Below, in pieces: positions 28,551-36,316 of a stretch of DNA of 53,075 nucleotides. Positions within the stretch are counted from its first letter, which is position 1, and every line of letters begins with the position of its first letter. Origin of the DNA: Vitreimonas sp. (GTDB taxonomy: Bacteria > Pseudomonadota > Alphaproteobacteria > Caulobacterales > Aquidulcibacteraceae); NCBI GenBank assembly GCA_035546515.1, contig DASZWS010000125.1, positions 1 to 53,075 of the forward strand, written 5' to 3'. The notes under the pieces are model-generated. The model saw only the letters and a list, made by a program, of their open reading frames with translations, did no database searches and had not been told where the DNA came from. A program made the position numbers and the translations under genes.

Positions 28551-29474
28551 GTGGCGGTGGAGCGTCCGGACCTCGATTGTTGGATAGATGCAGCCTTGGG
28601 TGACGACGGGTGGACTGGCGCGCTGGATATCAGCGCCCAGGTGCTCGGGGCCGACAGCGTCGCGCTCGGCTTGGCGGCGAAGCCCGGGGTTGACGGTCAG
28701 CTCTGTTTCAGCGCTGCGGCGTCCTCCGGCTTCAGGGCGTCGTGCCTGGAGCTGCTCGGATACTACGGCGCCGAGGAGGTGCAGACGCGCCCGACCGATG
28801 CGGGCCTCTTGGCGTGGGCGCATGCGCCGAGCAGCGCGCAGCGGCTCGTGCACGATGTCGCGGTCTTCGCGCTGTGGTCCGGGACTGGGGACCCTGCAAA
28901 GCTGCCGCGCGTCGCCAGCGTGGCGGCCCGGGCGGTGTCGGCGCGGCGCGAAATTGCAGAGATGCGCGCGGTCTTGGCGTTGCGCGGCGCTGCGTTCGAT
29001 CGCCTGCCGTTTGGCGTCGCTGTGGTGGACGCGGCGCTCTACGTTCGTGAGCCAAACGCTGCATGCCGTCAGATTCTCGCACGTGCCGACGGGCTTGCGC
29101 TGCATCAGGATCGCTTGATCTGCCGGTCAGGGGCGGACCAGCGCGCGCTGATGGAGTTGGTGAGCGGCGTCATTACTGGCGACCGTGAGGCCGCAGGCGG
29201 GACCGTGCATGTGGCGCGATCGCGTGGCGCCGAACCTTACGTTGTCACGCCGGTGTCGGTTGCCGACACCGCCGTCAATATCGATCATTGTCTGCTTGTG
29301 ATCTTGGACCCGGAGGCAAACACACCGCTCACGCGCGAGGCATGGAATGCACTTATGGACCTCAGTAGCCGTGGCTTGGCGTTGGATGCGGAAGGATTAA
29401 GCGTCGCACGCCATGTCGCAGAACGGCGCGCGCCCTTCGTGCGGCCACGGTCTTTGCATCGGCGTTCGAACTGA
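28551..29474 (+). CDS. PAS-like domain protein resembling LuxR-family sensors, with a degenerate C-terminal HTH
   Basis: AGGAGG RBS; AFDRLPFGVAVVD...NAACRQIL..DGL PAS-like segment; C-terminal AEGLSVA remnant. Confidence 0.6.
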   Translation: MAVERPDLDCWIDAALGDDGWTGALDISAQVLGADSVALGLAAKPGVDGQLCFSAAASSGFRASCLELLGYYGAEEVQTRPTDAGLLAWAHAPSSAQRLVHDVAVFALWSGTGDPAKLPRVASVAARAVSARREIAEMRAVLALRGAAFDRLPFGVAVVDAALYVREPNAACRQILARADGLALHQDRLICRSGADQRALMELVSGVITGDREAAGGTVHVARSRGAEPYVVTPVSVADTAVNIDHCLLVILDPEANTPLTREAWNALMDLSSRGLALDAEGLSVARHVAERRAPFVRPRSLHRRSN

Positions 29475-29518
29475 CGCGAACGTGGCTTTGGCGCCGCACC
29501 AAAATTTTGTGCGCGCAT

Positions 29519-29534
29519 TGTGAATAAGATCACT
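29519..29534. promoter_or_regulatory. CRP-like box
   Basis: TGTGA-ATAAGA-TCACT. Confidence 0.6.
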
Positions 29535-29630
29535 GACGCCGCCCGCGCGGCGTGACCAAGCTGAATCTGTTGGAGGGGCAAGCAACGGCGCGGGCGTGTC
29601 GTGTCCCCATGACGAGCTCCCCGAAAGAGT

Positions 29631-30014
29631 GTGCTCGCGTCGTTGCTGCTTTCTTGGCCTTGGGGTTGGTTGGTGGTTGAGATCGAATTTGCCGGCGCGT
29701 GGGCCGAGATCACGCACCATCGCTATGTCTTGCGCCGGATGGCGCAGCAGCGTGTGCTCGAATTGCCGCGCCTGGCGCAGGCGGCGCGTCGGCTAAGCGC
29801 ATTGGGCGCTCGGGTCGGCTCCAGCGAGCTGGTGGGCGTGTCCTCAGCCATTCTGGCTTGGAGCGAACGCGCCATGCAAAGTGAGGCGCGAGAGCAGGCA
29901 GGGGCGCTCTTACTGGAGCTTTCTGGAGTGGTGGATCATCTGTGCGCGGGGCAGGTCAACGCACCGGTCGCGCGGCGACCGTTGGCCGCCGCCACCGAGC
30001 CGCTTTTGGGCTAG
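29631..30014 (+). CDS. Hypothetical helical protein, possibly HPt-like without His (start uncertain, perhaps 29673)
   Basis: Fills the gap between the PAS gene and the second Crp gene; amphipathic helices; AARRLSALGARVG..EL. Confidence 0.4.
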   Translation: MLASLLLSWPWGWLVVEIEFAGAWAEITHHRYVLRRMAQQRVLELPRLAQAARRLSALGARVGSSELVGVSSAILAWSERAMQSEAREQAGALLLELSGVVDHLCAGQVNAPVARRPLAAATEPLLG

Positions 30015-30766
30015 CCTTCCGGGGAGATGAAGATGCGCCGTCCGGCGCTCGCTTCGTCGAGCGCATGCAGGCGCTGATAATCTTCAATCACGATCTCGCG
30101 CCGCCGCACGCTTATGACGCCCTCGCGCTCCAGATCGAGCAATTGTCGCGTCACCGCCTCGCGCGCCGCGCCGATTTGATCGCCAAGCTCTGCGTGGGTG
30201 GGGGCGGACCGGATCATCAGCCGGCCGTCGATGTGTTCGCTGCGTTGGGCCATGCGCAGCAGCTCCGCCAGCAACCTGCCGCGCACATCGAGGGTGGCCA
30301 ATTCATAGAAGCGGCTGGAGAGGTCGAGGTGGATTGCGCTGACGGTGTCACATGCGGCGCGCACGAGGGCTGGCGAATCCGCCAACAGCGCGCGGAACTC
30401 GGCATGCTTGATCAGCCCAAGCGTCGTCGCCTCGTCGGCGACCAAACGGGTCACATGGTGGGCGAGGTCGCCGCCCCAGCTGTGGCTGAGCATCGCCGCA
30501 GGAAGCCCTAGCGTATCGCCTTGACGCGCCGCGCGCATGGTAATGCTCGAACCGTTCGGCGCGAGCGCCACGAACCGGCAGGCGCCCTGCAAGATAAAGC
30601 CGACGCGTTGAGGGAACTCGGTGTCGGCCGCAACCTGCGTCCGCGCCTTGAATTCGCGAACCTCAAGCTTCGCCAAAATGCGGGCGAGTTCACTGTCAGT
30701 CAGCGTTCGAAGGAGCTTGATGCCCCGAAGATCACCCACGGAAGGCGCGATCTTCTCGACCTTCAT
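30011..30766 (-). CDS. Crp/Fnr family transcriptional regulator (divergent ligand pocket)
   Basis: HTH PTHAELGDQIGAAREAVTRQL; ELATLDVRGRL similar to the first Crp gene; cNMP cassette degenerate. Confidence 0.85.
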   Translation of the reverse strand: MKVEKIAPSVGDLRGIKLLRTLTDSELARILAKLEVREFKARTQVAADTEFPQRVGFILQGACRFVALAPNGSSITMRAARQGDTLGLPAAMLSHSWGGDLAHHVTRLVADEATTLGLIKHAEFRALLADSPALVRAACDTVSAIHLDLSSRFYELATLDVRGRLLAELLRMAQRSEHIDGRLMIRSAPTHAELGDQIGAAREAVTRQLLDLEREGVISVRRREIVIEDYQRLHALDEASAGRRIFISPEG

Positions 30767-30861
30767 CGCCCGCTGATGACCGCTGCCTGCCACGATTTTT
30801 CCTGCGATAACGAATGGTTCAACATGCAGAGCAAACCAACGGCGCCGACGAAAGCCCAATG

Positions 30862-30881
30862 TCTGTGATAAACGTCACAGA
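30862..30881. promoter_or_regulatory. Perfect CRP box
   Basis: TC-TGTGA-TAAACG-TCACA-GA, with 7-bp perfect arms. Confidence 0.7.
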
Positions 30882-30970
30882 GGATCGTCGGGAAGAACAT
30901 ATTACCGCCACGGCGAACGCTGTCGCGTTGAGCCGTGATAGATCCAAACGCTGCGAACGCGGAAAAGTGG

Positions 30971-31046
30971 TGGTGCCTGGGGGCGGAATTGAACCACCGA
31001 CACGCGGATTTTCAATCCGCTGCTCTACCAACTGAGCTACCCAGGC
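30971..31046 (-). tRNA. tRNA-Phe(GAA)
   Basis: GCCTGGGTAGCTCAGTTGGTAGAGC..TTGAAAA..GGTTCAATTCC..GGCACCA. Confidence 0.97.
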
Positions 31047-31194
31047 GCCGGTCCGGCGAGGCAGGGCCGCCCCGCGGAGCGAGGGTCTATAGCGGTGCCG
31101 ATCCGGCCTGTCCACGGCGCAACCGGAACGCCCTTGCACGCCGGGATACGGCCATGACAATGACCCCACGAGGCCACCTGTTGGGAGAACAGCC

Positions 31195-31959
31195 ATGACC
31201 GCGCATTTCGCAAACCGCCGCACCTTCCTGGCCGGGGCCGCTGCAAGCGCGGCCCTCATGACCTCGGGTTGCGCCACCAATCCGGTCACCGGGCGCAGTC
31301 AGCTCATTCTCATCGACGATGCTCAGCTGCAGCAGGCGGCGCTGCAGGCCTGGGGTCAGCAGGTGCAGCAGGAGCGGAGCTGGAACAACCGCTCGGCACA
31401 GGCGCGGCTAGAGCGGGTTGGCACGCGGATCGTCACGGCGGCTGGACGCGGCAACCAGCAATGGGAATTCCGTCTGTTCGACAGCGACGAAAAGAACGCC
31501 TTCGTGCTGCCGGCCAACAAAGTCGGGTTTTACCGCGGGCTGTATGAGATTTGCGATGTCGACGACTACATCGCCTGCGTCTTGGGACACGAGACGGGCC
31601 ACGTGCTCGGCCGCCACGCGGCCGAACGCTATTCTCGCGAGGCGGCCACGCAGACGGCGCTCCAGGTGGCAGGCAGCGCCATCAACAATCAGATCGCGAC
31701 CGCCGCGCTGGGCCTCGGCGCGCAGGTGGGCCTGAGCTTGCCGTTCTCACGCGAGCAGGAGGCCGAGGCCGACATCATCGGCATCGATCTCATGCATCAG
31801 GCTGGCTACGACGTGAAACAGGCGATCCCGTTCTGGCAGCGCATGGAAGCGTCCGGCGGTTCGCGACCGCCCGAATTCATGTCCACCCACCCCGATCCGG
31901 ACAACCGCATCGCCCGCATCCGCGCCCATATAAATGAACGGGGCTGGGGACCGGTCTGA
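31195..31959 (+). CDS. M48 family metallopeptidase, Tat-type lipoprotein
   Basis: NRRTFL...SGC signal; NAFVLP; HETGH (HExxH); FSREQEAEAD; STHP. Confidence 0.9.
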   Translation: MTAHFANRRTFLAGAAASAALMTSGCATNPVTGRSQLILIDDAQLQQAALQAWGQQVQQERSWNNRSAQARLERVGTRIVTAAGRGNQQWEFRLFDSDEKNAFVLPANKVGFYRGLYEICDVDDYIACVLGHETGHVLGRHAAERYSREAATQTALQVAGSAINNQIATAALGLGAQVGLSLPFSREQEAEADIIGIDLMHQAGYDVKQAIPFWQRMEASGGSRPPEFMSTHPDPDNRIARIRAHINERGWGPV

Positions 31960-31978
31960 GGTCGGGCAAAACGACCGG

Positions 31979-32055
31979 TGGTACCGCCTCCAGGGTTCGA
32001 ACCAGGGACCTCTGGATCCACAATCCAGCGCTCTAACCAACTGAGCTAAGGCGGC
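31979..32055 (-). tRNA. tRNA-His(GTG), alphaproteobacterial type lacking G-1
   Basis: GCCGCCTTAGCTCAGTTGG..TTGTGGA..GGTTCGAAC..GGCGGTACCA. Confidence 0.96.
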
Positions 32056-32119
32056 ATTCGGGGCGCGGAAGCTAGCGCCGCACCCCGGCTGAAGCAAGGC
32101 GTGCTAAGTGCTTGGATTG

Positions 32120-33085
32120 ATGACGTCGTCACCGCCGCGGAATGAGTTGAAAAGCCCACAGGCCCGCTACGCCGCACACACGGCGGCGGTGTGCGGGTGG
32201 CGTTTCCGCTCGCTGGATGGGGCTGATGGCTATTTGTTCGAGGTTGCGGATGGCGCGCGCCGGGCGATCTTCGCCGCGGGCGCGGGCTCGCCTTACGCGC
32301 TGAACGACGTGCGCGCGGCTTCGATCGCGCGCGACAAATTTTTCTGCGCGAGGGTTCTTCGGGAGGCCGGGTTGCCGGTTCTTCCCGGCGAGATGTTCTT
32401 CGTGACGGAGCGCTGGGCCGACATGCGCGGCCCGGGGCGCGAGCCGGACGATGCAAGGCGCTACGTTGCGGCCGTCCAATTTCCAATTTTCTGCAAGCCG
32501 ATCTCCGCCTCAAACGGCCTCTACGCGGAGGTTATCACTGACGTCGGCGCCTTCGCCGACTACATGGCGCGCGTCGCGCGCGAGCATTTCGCCATTCTCA
32601 TCCAGCCATACGTGCGCGCACCCGAGCATCGCGTGTTCGTGCTGGGAGGCCGGGCGTTGTTCTCATATCAGAAGCACTTGCCGAGCGTGACCGGCGATGG
32701 GGTCTCCAGCTTGCGCACGCTGATTGAAACGATGCCGCGCGATAGTTTTTCGCCGGCGGCGCCGATCCGCGCGCCAATACCGCTGGATGACGTCGTCGCG
32801 AAGGGCGTGCGCGTTTGGCTGGAAGGTCCGGCGAACCGTTCTGCAGGCGGCGCCGCGGGTGCGATTGTCGAGGGCGCGCCGCCGGCGATGGCGGCGCTGG
32901 CGATTGCCGCGGCGAAGGCCGTGGGTCTGGAGCTTGCCGCGGTCGATATGTTTGATCTGGGCGCTGAGGGGCTGAGCGTCATCGAGGTCAACTCCAACCC
33001 GATGATCGCCACCCTGGAGGACGCCGGGCGCTGGGATTTGATCGAAACGATATGGCGCGCCAACATCGAAGCGGCGTTGCGATGA
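32120..33085 (+). CDS. ATP-grasp ligase (CphA/GshF-like ATP-grasp domain)
   Basis: IARDK, FPIFCKP..SNG, LIQPYV..EHRVFV, VTGDGVSS, ANRSAGG, AAVDM, VIEVNSNP. Confidence 0.8.
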   Translation: MTSSPPRNELKSPQARYAAHTAAVCGWRFRSLDGADGYLFEVADGARRAIFAAGAGSPYALNDVRAASIARDKFFCARVLREAGLPVLPGEMFFVTERWADMRGPGREPDDARRYVAAVQFPIFCKPISASNGLYAEVITDVGAFADYMARVAREHFAILIQPYVRAPEHRVFVLGGRALFSYQKHLPSVTGDGVSSLRTLIETMPRDSFSPAAPIRAPIPLDDVVAKGVRVWLEGPANRSAGGAAGAIVEGAPPAMAALAIAAAKAVGLELAAVDMFDLGAEGLSVIEVNSNPMIATLEDAGRWDLIETIWRANIEAALR

Positions 33086-34302
33086 AGCCGTGGCGCTTGC
33101 CGTATCCCAGGTTTGGCGCGGGGACGGGATTGGACCGAGTTCGCGCGATAGCGGAACGCCTGGACCTTGATCTTGCCGGCTTTGGTGCGCGCGGCGCTGT
33201 GATCGTCGGCTCGAACGGCAAAGGCTCGACCGCGACGATGACCGCGGCACTGCTGCAACAAACCGGCTCAGTCGGTCTTTTCACCTCGCCGCATCTGTTC
33301 GATCTGAACGAACGCTTCCGCGTCGATGGCGATGACATCAGCGACGCCGCGTTGCAGCATCGTTGGGATCGCGTGGCTGCTGCGGTGGACGCGTATCAAC
33401 GCGAGACTGGCGATAGGGCCGGCGGTTTCGAATTCCTGTTTCTCATCGCGGCCGACTGGTTTGCCGCGCGCCGGGTGGATTTCACTGTGTGGGAGGCGGG
33501 CATTGGCGGGCGGTTCGACCCCGTGCGCTTGATCGAAGCGCGCAGGCTGGCGCTGACGTCGCTCGATCTCGAACACACCGAACTGCTCGGCGATACACTC
33601 GAAGCCATCGCGCGCGATAAGGTTGGCGCGGCGCCGCGCGGCGCGAAGATGTTTGCGCCCGCCGGCATCGAAGCGCGCGAAGCCATAGAGGCGCAATGCG
33701 CCGAGAACGGCGTGGCGCTGAGTTTTGTCGCGCCTGTCACGGAAGCGCCGGCGCTCCCGGGCGCATACCAGCGCGAGAACGCAGCGCTGGCGATCGCGCT
33801 CGTACGCGATATCGGACCGCTGGATGCCCTGCAAATTGCGCGCGGCCTCGCTGCCACCCGCTGGCCTGGCCGGCTTGAGGTGATCAACGATGACCCACCG
33901 GTCGTGATCGATGTCGGCCACACGCCACGCGGTATCGCCGCCGCGCTTGCCGGCTTTCAGGCGTTGCGCGGCGCTCGCCCGGCCATTCTCGTCTGCGGCG
34001 CGTCGCACGACAAAAACAGCGCGGCGATGATTGCCCAGCTGGCGCCGGCGTTTGATGTCATCATCTGCGCGCGCGCGCGTCACAAGGGCGCCCCAGCTGG
34101 AGAAATCGCCGCGTACGCGCACGCGGCCAACGCGAGTGCGGAGATCGTCATTGCCGAGTCCGTGGCAGACGCGCACCGGCTTGCGATCAGTCGCGCAGCG
34201 GCGCGCGGGGCGACGGTGTATGTGGCCGGCGGCCTTTTTTTGGCCGCGGAATTCAAGGCAGTGCATGTGGGGCGCGACCCCGCCACCTTGGCCTTCTTCT
34301 AG
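33082..34302 (+). CDS. FolC-like (Mur ligase superfamily) amide ligase
   Basis: VGSNGKGST, FTSPHL..NERF, EAGIGGRFD, EHTELLG, QRENAALA, WPGRLE, DVGHT; ATGA overlap with the ATP-grasp gene. Confidence 0.85.
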   Translation: MKPWRLPYPRFGAGTGLDRVRAIAERLDLDLAGFGARGAVIVGSNGKGSTATMTAALLQQTGSVGLFTSPHLFDLNERFRVDGDDISDAALQHRWDRVAAAVDAYQRETGDRAGGFEFLFLIAADWFAARRVDFTVWEAGIGGRFDPVRLIEARRLALTSLDLEHTELLGDTLEAIARDKVGAAPRGAKMFAPAGIEAREAIEAQCAENGVALSFVAPVTEAPALPGAYQRENAALAIALVRDIGPLDALQIARGLAATRWPGRLEVINDDPPVVIDVGHTPRGIAAALAGFQALRGARPAILVCGASHDKNSAAMIAQLAPAFDVIICARARHKGAPAGEIAAYAHAANASAEIVIAESVADAHRLAISRAAARGATVYVAGGLFLAAEFKAVHVGRDPATLAFF

Positions 34303-34334
34303 GGCGCGGGTAAAACACGGGCGCAAGGGGACCA

Positions 34335-35567
34335 ATGCCGCGGACACTGTTCGAGCACTTATCGCCGGATACCGGGGCGAAGCGCATTCTCGCGCTCGAC
34401 GGGGGTGGCGTGAAAGGCATGCTGACGCTTGGCATGCTGAAGCCGCTTGAGGACGAATTGCGCCGTCGCGCGGGCGGCGCGCCGGAGTTTCGACTCTGCG
34501 ATTATTACGATCTGATCGGCGGCACCTCGACCGGCGCCATCATCGCTTCAGGATTGGCGCTCGGTCACAGCGTCGACGAACTGATCGCGCTCTATGCGCG
34601 GCTCGGGCCGGAGGTGTTCGGACGCACGCCGGGCGACGGTGTTTTCCTGCAATCGAAGTTCGAGTCCAAACGCCTGCGCGCTGCGCTGCAGAGCGTATTG
34701 GAAGCCAAGACGATCGGATCGGAAGATCTGAAGACTGGCCTCGCCATTTGCGCCAAACGTATCGACACTGGTTCGGCTTGGGTGGTCACCAACCATCCGC
34801 TGGGCGCCTATTACGATCCTCCGCCCGAGACCGGGATTTTCCCCAACCATCGCTATCGGCTTGTCGATCTGGTGCTGGCCAGTGCGGCAGCGCCGACATT
34901 CTTTGATGAAATCACCATCGACGTCGAATTCGACGAAAAGCATCGCCCGATTCAGCGCGGTTATTTCGTCGATGGCGCCGTAAGCGCCAACAACAATCCG
35001 AGCATGCAATTGTTCTTGCTGGCGCTGGAGCCGGCGTATCGCTTCGGCTGGAAGGCCGGCGCCGATCAGTTGATGATGACATCCTGCGGCACCGGCGCGC
35101 GCCGGCCGCGCATCGAAGGTCACGCCTTCAAAGGTCTGCCGCCCGGCCTGCGCGGCGTGCATGCGCTGCGGGCCATGGTGTACGACACGCAGATGCAGGG
35201 CGTGATGATGATGCAGGCGCTATCGTCGCCGAAGCGCCCGTGGAACATCAATTCGGAAATCGGCGAGATGTCGGGCGCGGCTATCACCGGTGCGCCGCTT
35301 CTGGACTACCAGCGCATCGACGTGGTGCTCGATCAAAAGCCGAAGGCCAAGCACCGTGGCGATCCCACGCCGCCGATGACGCCGCTGGAACGCATTATCG
35401 GCCGTGAGCTCGACGCCGATACGCTGGATGCGCTGGACCGCATGGACAACGGCAAACCGGCCAATCTCGAGCTTCTGCTGGAAGTCGGGACTGGCGCCGG
35501 GCGCGGTTTTGTCGATGCGGAATATCCCGATCCAAAATTCGACCTGCCGGAGTGGCGAAGCGCTTGA
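34335..35567 (+). CDS. Patatin-like phospholipase
   Basis: LDGGGVKG, GTSTG nucleophile, ASAAAPTFF, DGAV. Confidence 0.9.
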   Translation: MPRTLFEHLSPDTGAKRILALDGGGVKGMLTLGMLKPLEDELRRRAGGAPEFRLCDYYDLIGGTSTGAIIASGLALGHSVDELIALYARLGPEVFGRTPGDGVFLQSKFESKRLRAALQSVLEAKTIGSEDLKTGLAICAKRIDTGSAWVVTNHPLGAYYDPPPETGIFPNHRYRLVDLVLASAAAPTFFDEITIDVEFDEKHRPIQRGYFVDGAVSANNNPSMQLFLLALEPAYRFGWKAGADQLMMTSCGTGARRPRIEGHAFKGLPPGLRGVHALRAMVYDTQMQGVMMMQALSSPKRPWNINSEIGEMSGAAITGAPLLDYQRIDVVLDQKPKAKHRGDPTPPMTPLERIIGRELDADTLDALDRMDNGKPANLELLLEVGTGAGRGFVDAEYPDPKFDLPEWRSA

Positions 35568-35645
35568 AACACGCGGCAAGCGATGTTTGCGGATTTCTTA
35601 CCGGCTTTTGCTAGTTTGGCTGGCTGGATCAGGTGAGCATCGTTA

Positions 35646-36272
35646 ATGGCCGCACAAGATAAGCAGAACGCTGCGGTTGAGTATTTCGCCGCACGCTCGC
35701 ACGACGCATGGCGGGCCGAGTTTCTGAAGAACAATCCCGACCAGAAGGACACGCCCCGCATGCGTATGCGCGGCGGCAAGATGGTTGATATCAATCAACC
35801 ATGGAAATCGCTCGATCCCGCGGCTAAGGCCGACAATAAAATTGCAGCACGAGCCGCGTACGACGCCATCGAGCGCTTTCCAAAAAATAGAGAGAAGGCG
35901 TCTGCGTATGTTCACAAGCAGTGGATCAAGCGCAATCGCGCTGATCCCAACCAATCGCAGGATCTGTTTAAGCCGTATGCCGAACTTCCCGAGATCGAGA
36001 AGGATAAGGACCGCGCTCACATCGATCAGATGAAGGCGGCGCTCAAGGCGGTGAAGGCCAAGAAAACTGGGAAGAAGCCAAAGAAGGCGAAGGCCGCCAT
36101 CGCGCCGCAACTGGATGCCAGGACCGCCGCACGGTTGTCAGATGCGGCGGCGGCGCTCTCAGCTGCGACGGGCAGGAACATCACCGCGCAGGCGCTGCTG
36201 ACCGCCGGCGCCGAGGCGGTGTTGGCGATCTGCGAAACTGCCGCGCCTGCCAAACGCAAGAAGAAGCGCTGA
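35646..36272 (+). CDS. Hypothetical protein with two RyR-like repeats and a basic C-terminal domain
   Basis: FAARSHDAW...PWKSLDPAAKADN and ASAYVHKQW...PYAELPEIEKDKDR. Confidence 0.65.
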   Translation: MAAQDKQNAAVEYFAARSHDAWRAEFLKNNPDQKDTPRMRMRGGKMVDINQPWKSLDPAAKADNKIAARAAYDAIERFPKNREKASAYVHKQWIKRNRADPNQSQDLFKPYAELPEIEKDKDRAHIDQMKAALKAVKAKKTGKKPKKAKAAIAPQLDARTAARLSDAAAALSAATGRNITAQALLTAGAEAVLAICETAAPAKRKKKR

Positions 36273-36316
36273 CGCATTGACCCGGCGCCGCTTTCGCTGG
36301 CAAGCGGGCGGTGAAC

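Noticed and set aside
27706-30970. att-flanked integrative element at tRNA-Phe
   Set aside because: I found no duplicated tRNA 3' end and no integrase; it is reported only as a possible islet
34335-35567. CBASS system suggested by the patatin
   Set aside because: No CD-NTase or ancillary cap genes in the window
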